Below are positions 27,301 to 40,927 of a stretch of DNA of 64,000 nucleotides, piece after piece. Both the position numbers and the translations under genes were made by a program. This stretch comes from the human T2T-CHM13v2.0 reference genome, Homo sapiens. The notes under the pieces were generated by a model. That model was not told the DNA's origin and ran no database searches. It saw nothing but the letters and a program-made list of their open reading frames with translations. Position 1 is the stretch's first letter, and the number at the start of each line of letters is the position of its first letter. The stretch lies in assembly GCF_009914755.1 (NCBI RefSeq), contig NC_060930.1. One strand, written 5' to 3'.

Positions 27301-30300
27301 GAAAGATTCTCAGAAACTACTTTGTGATATGTGCATTCAACTCACAGAGTTTGAACTTTCTTTTGATAGACCAGTTTTGAAACACTCTTTTTGTAGAATT
27401 TGCAAGTGTATACTTACGGCTCTTTGACGCTTATGGTAGAAAAAGGAGTATATTCACCTAAAAACTAGACAGAAGCATTCTCAGAAACTACTTGTGATGT
27501 CAGCATTCAACTCACAGAGTTTAATCTTTCTTATGATAGAGCAGTTTTGAGACGCTCTTTTTGTAGAATTTCCAAGTGGATAGTTAGAGTGCTTTTCAAA
27601 GCCTGTGGTAGCAAAGGAAATATCTTCATATAAAAAATACACATTATCATTCTCAGAAACTACTTTGTGATGTGTGCGTTCAACTCACAGAGTTTAACCT
27701 TCCTTTCAATTGAGCAGTTTTGAAACACTCTTTGTGTAGAATTTGCAAGTGTATATTTAGAGCGCTTTGATGTCTATGGTAGAAAAGGAAATATATTCAC
27801 ATAAAAACTAGGCAGAAGCATTCTCAGAAACTACTCTGTGATGTTGGCACTCAACTCACAGAATTTAACCTTTTATTTGATAGAGCACTTTTGAAACACT
27901 CTTTTTGTACAATTTGCATGTGTATATTTAGAGTGCTTTGAGGCCTATGTTTGAAAGGGAATATCTTCACATAAAAACTAGACAGTAGCATTTTCAGAAA
28001 CTTCTTTGTGGTGTCTGCACTCAACTCACAGAGTTGAACCTTCCTTTTGATAGAGCAGTTTTGAAACACTCTTTTTGTAGGAGTTGCAAGTGGATATTTA
28101 GATCGCTCTGAGTCGTATGGTAGAAAAGGAAATATCTTCATATAAAAACTAGACAGGATCATTCTCAGAAACTACTTTGTGATGTGTGCATTCAACTCAC
28201 AGAGTTTGACCTTTCTTTTCATAGAGCAGTTTTGAAACCCTCTATTTGTTAAGTCTGCAGTTAGATATTTGGAGCGCTTTTAGGCCTTCTTTGGAAACGG
28301 GAGTATCTTCACATAAAAAGTATACAAAAGTTTTCTCAGAAACTTCTTTGTGATGTCTGCACTCAACTCAAAGAGTTGAAAGTTCCTTTTGATAGAGCAG
28401 TTTTGAAACACTCTTTTTGTAGAATTTGCAAATGGATATTTAGTACGCTTTGTGGCCTATCATGGAAAAGAAAATATGTTCATAGAAAACTACACAGAAG
28501 CATTCTCTGAAACACTTTTGTGATGTGTGTGTTCAACTCGCAGGGTTTAACTTTTCTTTTGATACAGCAGCTTTGAAACACTCTTTTTGTGGAATTTGCA
28601 AGAGAATATTTAGAGCGCTTTGAGGCCTATGGTAGAAAAGGAAATATCTTCATAGAAAAACTAGACAGAAGCATTCTCAGAAACTACTTTGCGATGTTTG
28701 CATTCAACTCACAGAGTTCAACATTCCTCTTGATGGAGCAGTTTTGAAACACTCTTTTTGTAGAATCTGCAAGTGAATATTTGAACCTTTTTGAGGCATT
28801 CATTGGAAACAGGATTTCTTCATATAAAATTAGACAGAAGAATTCTAAGAAACTTCTTTGTGATGTGTGCATTGAACTCACAGAGTTGAAACTTCTTTTT
28901 GATAGATCAGTTTTGAAACACTCTTTTTTGTAGAATTTCCAAGTGTACATTTAGAGCACTTGGAGGCCTTTGGTAGAAAAGGAAATATATTCTCATAAAA
29001 ACTAGACAGAAGCATTCTCAGAAACCACTTTGTGATGTTTGCATTCAACTCACAGAGTTGAACAGTCCTCTTGATAGCGTACTTTTGAAATAATCTTTTT
29101 GCACAATCTGCAAGTGGATATTTGGACCTCTTAGAGACATTCGTTGGAAAAGGGATTTCTTCATATAAAACTAGACAGAAGAATTCTCACAAACTTCTTT
29201 GTGAAGTGTGCATTCATCTCACAGAGTTGAACATTCCCTTTGATAGAGCAGTTTTGAAACACACTTTTTGTAGAATTTCCAAGTGGATATTTAGAGCTTT
29301 TTGAGGCCTATGATAGAAAAGGAAATATCTTCATAGAAAAACTAGACACAATCATTCTCAGAAACTACTTTGTGATGTGTGCATTCAGCTTACAGAGTTT
29401 AACCTTTCTTTTGATAGAGCAGTTTTGAAACACTCTTTTTGTGGTATTTGCAAGTGTATATTAAGAGCGCTTTGAGGCCTACGGTAGAAAAGGATGTATC
29501 GTCACAAAAAACTAGATAGAAGCATTGTCTGAAACTACTTTGTGATATTTCCATTCAACTCACCGAGTTGAACATTCCTCTTGATAGAACAATTTTGAAA
29601 CACTCTTTTTGTAGAATCTGCAGGTGGCTATTTAGACCTCTTTGTGGCCTTCGTTTGAAAACGTGAATTCTTCATATAAAACTAGGCAGAAGAATTCTCA
29701 GAAACTTCTTCGTGATGTGTGCTTCCAACTCACATAGTTGAACCTTCCTTTCGATAGAGCAGTTTTGAAACTCTCTTTTTGTAGCATTTCCAAGTGGATA
29801 TTTAGCGCCGTTTGAAACCTATGGTAGAAAAGGCAATATCTTAGTAGAAAAACAAGACAGAATGATTTTCAGAAACTCCTTTGTGATGTGTCCGTTCAAC
29901 TCACAGAGTTTAACCTTTCTTTTGATAGAGCAGTTTTGAAACACACTATTTGTAGTATCTGAAAGTGAATATTTGGACTTTTTTGATGCCTTCGTTGAAA
30001 ACGGGATTTCTTCATATGAAATTGACAGAAGAATTCTCAGAAACTTCTTTGTGATGTGTGCTTTCAACTCACAGAGTTGAACCTTCCTTTCAATAGAGCA
30101 GTTTTGAAAGACTCTTTTTGTAGAATTTCCAAGTGGATATTTAGAGCAGTTCAAGGCCTGTGGTAGAAAGGGAAATATCTTCATAGAAAATTAGACGAAT
30201 GATTCTGAGAAACTACTTTGTGATGTGTGCATTCAACTTACAGAGTTGAACCTTCCTTTCAATAGAGCAATGTTGAAATACTTTTTGTAGAATTTCCACG

Positions 30301-33300
30301 TGGATATTTAAAGGTGTTTGAGGCCTATGGTAGAAAAGGAGATATCTTCATATAAAAACTAGATTGAAGCATTCTCAGAAACTACTTTGTGATGTTTGCA
30401 TTAAACTCACAGAGTTGAACATTCCTCTTTATAGAGTAGTTTTGACAACACGTTTTTTGTGGAATCTGCAAGTGGTTATTTGGACCCCTTTTAGGCCTTC
30501 GTTGGATATGGGATTTCTTCTTTGAAATCTAGACAGAAGAATTCTCAGAAACTTCTTCGTGATGTGTGCATTGAACTCACAGAGTTGAACCTTCCTTTCA
30601 ATACATCAGTTTTGAAACAATCTTTTTGTAGAATTTCCAAGTGTAAATTTAGAGCGCTTGGAGGCCTATGGTAGAAAAGGAAATATATTCACATAAAAAT
30701 TAGAATGAAGCATTCTCAGAAACTACTTTGTGATGTTTGCATTCTACTCACAGAGTTGAACAGTCCTCTTGATTTCCTAGTTTTGAAAGGTTCTTTTTGT
30801 ACAATCTGCAAGTGGATATTTGGACCTCTTTGAGGCTTTTGTTGGAAAGAGGATTTCTTCATATAAAACTAGACAGAAGAATTCGCAGAAACTTCTTTGA
30901 GAAGTGTGAATTCATCTCACAGAGTTGAACATTCCTTTCGATAAAGCAGTTTTGAAACATTCTTTTTGTAGAATTTCCAAGTGGATATTTAAAGCGTTTT
31001 GAGGACTATCATAGAAGAGGAAATATCTTCATAGAAAAACTAGACAGATTCATTCTCAGAATCTACTTTTTGATGTGTGCTTTCAACTCAAAGATTTTAA
31101 CGTTTCTGTTGATAGAGCAGTTTTGAAACACTCTTTTTGTACAATTTGAAATTATATTTTAAGAGTGCTTTGAGGCCTATGGTAGGAAATGAAATATCTT
31201 CACATAAAAGCTAGACAGAATCATTTTCAGAAACTACTTTGTGATGTTTGCATTCAACTCACAGAGTTGAACATTCCTCTTGATAGAGCAGTATTGAAAC
31301 ACAATTTTTGAAGAATCAGCAAGTGAATATTTGGACCGCTTTGAGGCCTTCGTTGGAAACGGCATTTCTTCATCTAAACAAGACAGAAGAATTCTCAGAT
31401 ACTACTTTGTGACGTGTGCGTTCAACTGACACAGTTTAAACTTTCTGTTGATAAAGCAGCTTTGAAACACTCTTTTCGTGGAATTTGCAATTGTTTATTT
31501 AGTGCGCTTTAAGGCCTATGGTAAAAAAGGAAATATCTTCACATAAAAAGTAGATGGAGGCATTCTCAGAATCTAACTTGTGATGCTAGCATTCAACTCA
31601 CAGAGTTGAACATTACTCTTGATAGAGCAGTTTTGAAACTCTCTTTTTGTGAAATCTGCAAGTGGATATTTGGACCTCTTTGAGGCCTTCGTTGGAAATG
31701 GGAATTCTTCATATAAACATGAAAGAAGAATTCTCAGAAACTAGTTTGTGATGTGTCCGTTCAACTCACAGAGTTTAACATTCCTTTCGATAGAGCAGTT
31801 TTGAAACACTCTTTTTGTAGAATTTGCAAGTGTATATTTAGAGTGCTTTGAGGCCTATGGTAGAAAAGGAAATATCTTTACATAAAAACTAGACAGAAGC
31901 ATTCTCAGAAACTACTTTGTGATGTTTGCATTCAACTCACAGAGTTTAGCCTTTCATTTGATAGAGCAGTTTTGAAACACTCTTTCTGTACAATTTGCAT
32001 GTGTATATTTAGAATGCTTTGAGGCCTATGTTTGAAAGTTAATATCTTCACATAAAATCTAGACAGAAGCATTCTCAGAAACTACTTTGTGATGTTTGCA
32101 TTCAACTCACAGAGTTGAACATTCCTCTTGATAGAGCAGTTTTGAAACACTCTTTTTGTAGAATCTGCAAGTGGATATTTGGACCTCTTTGAGGCCTTCG
32201 TTGGCAACGGGATTTCTTCATATAAAACAAGACAGAAGAATTCTCAGAAAGTTCTTTGTGATGTGTCCATTCAACTCACAGAGATGAAACTTCCTTTCAA
32301 TAGAGCAGCTTGGAAACACTCTTTTTGTAGAATTTCCAAGTGGATATTTAGAGCACTTTGAGGCCTATGGTAGAAAATGAAATATCTTCATATAAAAGCT
32401 AGACAGAGTCATTCTCAGAAACTACTTTGTGATGTGTGTGTTCAACTCACAGAGTTTAACCTTTCTTTTGATAGAGCAGTTTTGAAACACGCTTTTTGTA
32501 GAATTTGCAAGTGTGTATTTAGAGGGCTTTGATGCCAATGTAGAAAAGGAAATATCTTCCTATAAAAACTAGACAGAAGCATTCTCAGAAACTGCTCTTT
32601 GATGTTTGCATTCAACTCACTGAGTTCAACATTCGTTTTGATAGAGCAGTTTTGAAACACTCTTTTTGTAGAATCTGCAAGTGGATATTTGGACCTCTTT
32701 GAGGCCTTCGTTGGAAGCGGTAATTTCTTCACATAAAAACTAGACAGAAGAATTCTCAGAAACTTTTTGTGATATGTGCATTCAACTCACAGAGTTGAAC
32801 CTTCCTTTTGATAGAGCAGTTTTGAAACACTCTTTTTGTAGAATTTCCAAATGGATATTTAGAGCGCTCTGGAGCCTATGGTAGAAAAGGAAATATCTTC
32901 ATATAAAAACTACACAGAATCATTCTCAGATACTACTTTGTGATGTGTCCGTTCAACTCACAGAGTTTAACCTTTCTTTTGATAGAGCAGTTTGGAAACG
33001 CTCTGTTTGTTAAGTCTGAAAGTGGATATTTGGAGTGCTACAAGGCCTTCTTTGGAAACCAGAATATCTTCACATAAAAAGTAGACAGAAGTATTCTCAA
33101 AAACTTCTTTGTGATGTCTGCACTCAACTCACAGAGTTGAACCTTCCTTTCGATAGAGCAGTTTTGAAACACTCTTTTTGTAGAATTTGCAAGTGTATAT
33201 TTAGAGCGCTTTGAGGCCTATGGTAGAAAAGAAAATATCTACACTTAAAAAGTAGACAGAAGCATTCTCAGAAACTACTTTGTGATGTTTGCATTCAACT

Positions 33301-33388
33301 CACAGAGTTGAACATTCCTCTTGATAGAGCAGTTTTGAAACACTCTTTTTGTAGAATCTGCAAGTGGATATTTGGACCTCTTTGTGGC

Positions 33389-33405
33389 CTTCGTTGGAAA
33401 CGGGA
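33389..33405 (+). promoter_or_regulatory. Canonical CENP-B box, ~100 bp from the end of the array
   Basis: CTTCGTTGGAAACGGGA, exact 17-mer. Confidence 0.9.
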
Positions 33406-33504
33406 TTTCTTCATATAAAACTAGACAGAAGAATTCTCAGAAACTTCTTTGTGATGTGTGCATTCAACTCACAAAGTTGAACCTTCCTTTCAATATAGCA
33501 GTTG

Positions 33505-34430
33505 TAGGAGAAAATTTTCACAACCTACTCATCTGAGATAGGGCTAATATCCAGAATCTACAATTTACAAGAAAAAAACAAACAACCCCATCAAAAAGTG
33601 GGTGAAGGACATGAACAGACACTTCTCAAAAGAAGACATTTATGCAGCCAAAAAACACATGAAAAAATGCTCACCATCACTGGCCATCAGAGAAATGCAA
33701 ATCAAAACCACAATGAGATACCATCTCACACCAGTTAGAATGGCGATCATTAAAAAGTCAGGAAACAACAGGTGCGGCAGAAGATTTGGAGAAATAGGAA
33801 CACTTTTACACTGTTGGTGGGACTGTAAACTAGTTCAACCATTGTGGAAGTCAGTGTGGCGATTCCTCAGGGATCTGGAACTAGAAATACCATTTGACCC
33901 AACCATCCCATTACTGGGTATATACCCAAAGGACTATAAATCATGCTGCTATAATGACACATGCACACGTATGTTTATTGCGGCATTATTCACAGTAGCA
34001 AAGACTTGGAAACAACCCAAATGTCCAACAATTATAGACTGGATTAAGTAAATGTGGCACATATACACCATGGAATACTATGCAGCCCTAAAAAATGATG
34101 AGTTCACGTCCTTTTTAGGGACATGGATGAAATTGGAAATCATCATTCTCAGTAAACTTTCGCAAGAACAAAAAACCAAACACTGCATATTCTCACTCAT
34201 AGGTGGGGATTGAACAATGAGAACACTTGGACACAGGAAGGGGAACATCACACTCTGGGTACTTTTTTGGGGTGGGGGGAGGGGGGAGGGATACCATTGG
34301 GAGATATACCTAATGCTAGATGACGAGTTTGTGAGTGCAGCACACCAGCATGGCACATGTATACATATGTAACTAACCTGCACATTGTGCACATGTATCC
34401 TAAAACTTAAAGTATAATAATAAAAAAAAA
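33505..34430 (+). mobile_element. 5'-truncated LINE-1, L1PA2/L1PA3-like (ORF2 3' end, 3' UTR, poly-A)
   Basis: ORF2 C-terminal coding sequence; G-rich tract at ~34268-34290; 3' UTR ATACCTAATGCTAGATGACGAG (GAG, not the L1HS ACA/ACG); ends TAAAACTTAAAGTATAATAATAAAAAAAAA. Confidence 0.95.
33602..34051 (+). pseudogene. L1 ORF2p C-terminal (cysteine-rich) remnant, non-functional
   Basis: Translation [22 protein letters not shown]...[29 protein letters not shown]...[35 protein letters not shown] matches L1 ORF2p. It lacks the EN and RT domains and has a premature TAA at 34049. Confidence 0.93.
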
Positions 34431-37301
34431 TGGTTTTGAGTCTTTTTGTTTTAAGAAACAGGAATTTATGGGAAATGTATGCAGTTTTAACAAGTGTGTT
34501 GGTGTTTAAAATTACTCTAGTTGCTTCTAGTCTGTTTGCCATATTTTATTTATTTATAAATTTATATCCTGTTTCACTTTGCTAATCATTTGAGGTGCAT
34601 TATAATGAACCTGTACATTAAAGTAAGATGCATAAATTTGGATAAACTTGAAAGATTGGCTGAAGGGATGATTAATATCCATATTTATACATCCCAGTGT
34701 GGTGTTATACAGCTTCTAAAGGGAGCAGTAACTTTGCCTTCTTGTGTGACTGTTTCAGTTTTTCTAGTTCAGTGATTCTCAGTGGGGGGATGGGATGGAG
34801 AGGTGGTCCTCCTAGGGTGTTTATCAGAACATGGGTGGAGTTTAGTATAGAGTATAGTAAACATTATGCCTTAGGTTTTTGAAATATAAACCATAGAATG
34901 TAAAGCTTGATCAAGTATTTGTGGTTGATGGGGATTCATGGAAGATAGAGTAACAAAGTATTGCAGAGGGCTTGACAGAGGAACCATTCCCATGATAGTC
35001 TGCAATCACTTTCCAGGCAGAGACCTTTTCCCATCTTTTTCATGGACTCTCTCATGGCATCTGATACTGGTAATTAAGGCACTTGAATTCAGGTGCTGTT
35101 GATTAGCTTGTCCCCATGTCTCTGTAAGCTCTTTCCATTTCATTGTAGGCTTTCCCAACTTTTACCATTTCATTAATAGGAACATGCACACTTTCATCAC
35201 TTTGGTTAGAATATTTAGTTTGCATTTGAAAACTACTATACCTAGTCAGGTATCAGTGATGTTTTTAGACTCATGACAAAGCAAGGTTTGGGGAAAAGTT
35301 ACTAGCATTTGTTTCATGAGGTGGTGTCTGATGTGTGACCTGCTGCCTAAGTCAGGTGCTGCTGCATAAGTTGAGGTGGAAGGAAACAGAAGAGAGTGGG
35401 CAGCCACGGGGCCATCTTGTTTGTCACAGAAGCTGGATTGTTGGCACACATGTCTTTGAGTCAACCTGGACTTAAAGTGCTTGTGTGCTGTGTTTGTGAG
35501 CATTTCTCTGTCTTTTCAGTTTCCTCAATGCTGCAATTGCTTTTATGTTGATCTACTTCTGTAAAATAAATATATTTTTACCTTAGGAGGAGATGCAGTG
35601 TTATACTTGAGTTGTATTGTGTCCTTCGGTGGAGAAATATGTACATAAAAAGGGATCATTAATTTCTGGTGTTCTATTACTGACTTGGGCAGTGCATTGA
35701 TACTTTTTTAGTCTATACTGGGTTTCTGGTGGATAGTAGATTCTGAATCCTTATCACGTAGAATGGGAAGCCTTAATATGAAGTGTTCAAAAAGGAAACA
35801 CTGATATTTTTCATTCTTTGACCTATATGTAAATAAATTGGATTTTAAATCTGAAATTTCTAAGGTGCTTCAATGAGTAAATATTGCTGTCCATGGGGAC
35901 TATTTTGCATCTCCCATTGCTGAGTTGATTGACTTAACCTTGGTCATATTAAAGGTGAATGAGTAAGGTTAAACAGATTCTATTAGTGTTTCTTCAGTTG
36001 GCCAGTTAGGGAAAGGTCAGGCTTTGGCAGCTGTCACCCTTACAGACAAAGGGTTTCTGTGCTCTTGCAGTCTAGAGTCTGACAGCAGCTTATAATTTAC
36101 TTGGATGCTTTTTAAAACCTCCTTAAGACAGTCAAGAAATATTTCTTATTGGCTTTGCAATACCAGTGAGTCTAATGGTAGGATGTTTTTCATTAGAGTA
36201 CTACAGAATGACAGGGACAGTGAAAATGAGCATTCTTAAAGATGTGGAAGAATATTCTGTGTGTCACAAATGGTGACTCTGCCTCATATTAAAAAGACCT
36301 AGTGTTCAGTTGCTATTTATGTTCAGGGAAGTGAGGGCTTTTAGGTGAAGGCAAGTGAAGTTGGTAACCTCGTTGCCTCACTGAAAACAAGTACACGTAA
36401 AACTTTGAATTACTTCTGTTTATTTAAAAGTAGTTTTTCTCATCCTGAGCCTGAAATTTAAAATGTTTCTCATCCCTTTTAGTTTAAAGCCTTAATTTCT
36501 TTTATCTTAGAAATTATTTCATGTCATTCTTGGTTGGTAATTACTTTTCAGTGAGGATGAATTCAAGTTTAATTTGTCATTGGTTATTGAAAATGTCAGT
36601 TATGAATTTATTAGGAGGCTTTGGAGGCTTTTCTCCAGTTAACACTGGAAATCTGAGTTTACGTTGATTTAATAGTTTTAGGTGTATTGAATTTTAAAAT
36701 ACTTTTGGTATTCTGTCTTTATTTCTGAGATACTGCAAGTTGGCCTTAAATAGTCATAGCTTTTTGATCATTTTGGCCCTTACTGTATTGTTTTTATTGT
36801 TTATTGGTATAGTTTGGGTTGTCATAGTTCGTTTCGAATGTGTATTCATTATCATGACCTACTCCATTTCTATTATGTAAAATATGAACATCCCATGCAT
36901 TGATATACATGACTTTCTTTATACCTACCTTCTTGGGTCTCAAGTTATTATAAGCCTATTAACAAGTTGCAAAGCAATTTTTGTGTGATGCCTGCAAAAT
37001 AGAGAGCTGTGTGTACCTTTTTATATCTTTTGACACAGAATGAACTACAGCCAATAAGGAGTGTGGTGGAACAGCTGAGACAGGACACACAGATGTAACA
37101 GTAGAACGGGCTAGAGAACACGTGTGTGATAAGCCTGGAAGATTTTCACAGGGCTTCTGGCAAGCCGTTGACTATGACAGGAGTGAAAATGGAGCCTGAA
37201 GAAGAGTGAAGTGGGATGGTAAAACACACACTCTCAAACACTCTTAGTGGAAATTACCTAAAAAGAATTAGGAGGAATGGGATTAATAATCAGATGAAGA
37301 G

Positions 37302-37671
37302 TGTTAAAGAAAAAAATTATTCATGTCATTTGTTAAGGATAGTAAGGAAGACTTTATTCAAAGGGGCTACTATAATAGGTTTTTGTAGTAGGGGAGAGAG
37401 ATAAACTGAAGTTGGAATATGATAGGATAGGTGGGGATTTGGAGCAGGGGTCAGGGTGAATGGAAAATTATTAAGAGGTAGTAAAGTGACCTAGGGAATT
37501 TTGCTGAAGGCAGACCAGGATCATAAGATATTAAAGATGGTCAGACCAAGGGTGGGGGTTTTTCCCTAAACTTACTTAGCAGGATTCTCACTGAAACTGA
37601 ATTAGCAGGCCTTATCAAGAAGAGGTTTCAGGAGCTTGACAAGAGTTAGGTCAAGGAGAGAGTCTTTGTCA
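37302..37671 (-). mobile_element. ERV1-class solo LTR, MER31/MER67 group
   Basis: TG...CA ends: TGTTAAAGAAAAAAATTATTC...GTAAGGAAGACTTTATTC and GGTCAAGGAGAGAGTCTTTGTCA, resembling the recalled MER31/MER67 consensus in reverse. Confidence 0.7.
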
Positions 37672-38716
37672 AGTGTCAAACATAACTTCTGAATAGAGAA
37701 ATAAATTGTTTTATGTTCCAAGGCTGTGAAGTAGGCAAGATTGACAGTCCCAGGCAGGGTACTCTCTGAGTGTTGAGTGAATGTTTAATGTCTAGAGAAA
37801 ATACTAACTGAATTCAAAAGATTTATCTCAATTCTGTTTCATAAACACTAGACATCTTTAAGATGAGTATAGCAAAATTGAGTACTTATTTTTTTTCAAG
37901 GTTAAATATTAGATAATAGGTATATGTTATATATGAAATGAGCTTTTCTATTGAGCTAGATTTGAGGGATTATGCTGCCTTGCAAACTTTTATTTGTTCT
38001 GTTTCTAGGGAAGTTTATGATTTAGAAAGAGCACTGTGTATTTCTGTTACAATTGAATACCTTTCAAAATGATTTAAATGAAGGCATTAACACAGGGCTT
38101 CCTTTTTAAAAGTAAACACTACAAGTATAATACTTTCATTCTCATAGTGGTTTTTGGCATCAAATAATTATGGAAGCCAACCTGGTATTATTTTACATAT
38201 ATTTATTGGGCAGTTACAGTAAAATATTGATACATTTTACATTTGGAGAATGGAGAAAAGTTTATTAAGTTTTCTAGTTAGTTGAGGCCTAACCGTTTAT
38301 GCATATAGTTGTAAAAATACACCATGGCAGATGGTCTTAGTGACAATATTTTAGAGTTCACAGAATTTGGGTTTTTCTAATCAACCTACAAAATTAGATT
38401 CTGCTCATGATAATATGGTTTAAGCCTAGAGACGCTATGGCTAAATGTGAAACTTCAAGCTGAATTACCCTTAAAGGCTAAAATTAACATATGCAGAAAT
38501 TTTCAAAATGACTTGTGAAAGTCATTTCTCTTTTTTAAAGTTTTCATATAGCTTTCGAATATAGGACTCTTTGTATTCTTATTGTTGATGGCTTTCCATG
38601 CCTATAACTTTTGCCCTTGAAAAAAAAGTATGTCTTTAAATTAGCTGAAGTTTCCCCCACACAGAGCTATGTCCTATTTGTTTTATAATGATATATATCT
38701 ATTTCAATTTTATTAA

Positions 38717-39013
38717 TTTTTTTTTGAGACAGGGTTTCACTCCATTGCCCAGGCTTGAGTGCAGTGACGTGATCTTGGCTCACTGCAACCTTTGCCTCCT
38801 GAGTTCAAGAGTTTCTCTTGCCTCAGCCTCCCTAATAGCTGGAATTGCAGACATGCACCACCAGGCCCAGCTGATTTGTGTATTTTTTGTGTTTTTAGTA
38901 GAGACGGAGTTTTGTCATGTTGGCCAGGCTGGTCTCAAACTCCTGGCTTCAAGTGATTCATCCACCTCAGCCTCCCAAAGTTCTGGGTCTACAGGCGTGA
39001 GCCACCATGCCTG
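38717..39013 (-). mobile_element. Alu (old AluS/AluJb-like), full length
   Basis: Poly-T, both monomers, ends GTGAGCCACCATGCCTG. Confidence 0.93.
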
Positions 39014-39063
<50 letters not shown>

Positions 39064-39080
39064 ATACATACATATATATT
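39014..39080. repeat. Compound microsatellite (AT)7(TG)17(TACA)n
   Basis: Read directly from the sequence. Confidence 0.95.
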
Positions 39081-39169
39081 TATATCCTCAAAGAATGAAA
39101 TTAATTACACTAAATATAATTTCCAGTGTTAAATATTCTCTGTAGTTTAACATTTACATTATGGAATGT

Positions 39170-39800
39170 AGTTTCCAGAAAGGGGTTCCGATCCAGACAC
39201 CAAGAGAGGGTTCTTGGATCTTGTGCAAGAAAGAATTTGGGGTGAGTCCATAGAGTAAAGTGAAAGCAAGTTTATTAAGAAAGTAAAGAAACAAAAGAAT
39301 GGCTACTGCATAGGCAGAGTAGCCCCACAGGCTGCTGGTTGGCTATTTTTAAGGTTATTTCTTGATCATATGCTAAACAAGAGGTGGATTATTCTTGAGT
39401 TTTCTAGGGAAGGGATGGACAATTCCCAGAACTCTGGGTTTCTCCCCTTTTTAGACTATATAGGGTAATTTTTGGATGTTGCTATGGTATTTGTAAACTG
39501 TACTGGTGCTGGTGGGAGTATCTTTTAGCATGCTAATGGATTATAATTAGCATATAGTGAGCAGTAAGGATGACCAGAGGTCACTTTTGTGGCCATCTTG
39601 GTTTTGGTCGGTTTTGGCCGGCTTCTTTAACGCATCCTGTTTTATCAGCAGGGTCTTTAGGACCTGTTGTCTTGTCATAGCCAGTCTTGCCGACCCCTTA
39701 TCTCATCCTGTGCCTGAGAATGCCTAACCTCCTGGGAATGCAGCCCATCAAGTGCGAGCCTCATTTGATCCAGCCTCTGTTCAAGATGGAGTTGCTCTCG
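39170..39800 (-). mobile_element. MER41 (MER41B-like) ERV1 solo LTR
   Basis: GAAAGGGGTTCCGATCCAGACACCAAGAGAGGGTTCTTGGATCT at one end and CTGGGAATGCAGCCC...TTCAAGATGGAGTTGCTCT at the other match the MER41 termini in reverse; includes the tandem GAS region. Confidence 0.85.
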
Positions 39801-39865
39801 CTCTACTAGAGTGTTTTGGCAGTGTTACTCATGTTTTCTGAAGGTGTTCTGAAAAAAGATACTGA

Positions 39866-40177
<312 letters not shown>

Positions 40178-40927
40178 ATGTATACATTTTTAAAAATTCC
40201 ATAATCTTTATAATCTTTCCCTCTTTCCTCCAAGTTCCCTGAAAAGTTAATTCTTTTTGGCTGAAGTCTTGTGTCATGGTCTAGTTCAGAGTCTAGGTCA
40301 GATTGCCTTATCCTAGGTCTTTTGGATGAGAATAAGAACCAGGGATGTGGAGGGCAAATGGAGTTGTAAAGGTAATCATTTTGTGTTCTCAATCTTTGAG
40401 TGACTTAATCTGAGTTACAAAGGGAGGAGGAAGTAGTTGCTTAACAGATCCATTTGGCCCAGGCCCTGTGAATATATCCATTCTGCTACTCCCCACCCCT
40501 CTGAAGGCATACAAAGGACAACAGCACAGTTAATACCCCTATTCTGGACTTGTCTCCATTTATTCTCTACCTGCCTCTGTTTATCTCCATGACTTTCAAA
40601 TACCTTGTGCTGTACTTCAGCTATTGATACCTGCCTCCTGTCTGGCTTTGTTTCCTGTTCATCTCTGGTCAAAGTGTGCTCTCCCCATTCCAGGAGAATC
40701 TTTCTGTTATCTTGGAGCTTAATAGCCAAATATATTCCAATTCTCTTTAGTTGGTCCAAGGAATAAGGCTTCTGTATGAATATTGGAAAACCCAGAGGAC
40801 TGTTTCCAGACTTGCATGGGGTCCTTGTTTTCTAAAGGAGGAATATTTATTGATGACTGTATAAGTAGTGGACTTATTAAGGTTTAGATTTATCTGGTGA
40901 TATAAGGAGACCGAGGAGAGATTATCA

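Noticed and set aside
34431-34452. TGGTTTTGAGTCTTTTTGT after the L1 poly-A resembles the alpha motif GTTTTGAAACACTCTTTTTGT
   Set aside because: The match is short, gapped and low-complexity, and the similarity does not continue. It cannot support a TSD or resumed satellite.
34078-34542. 154-aa minus-strand ORF
   Set aside because: Antisense read-through of the L1 3' UTR and its flank, a common artefact.
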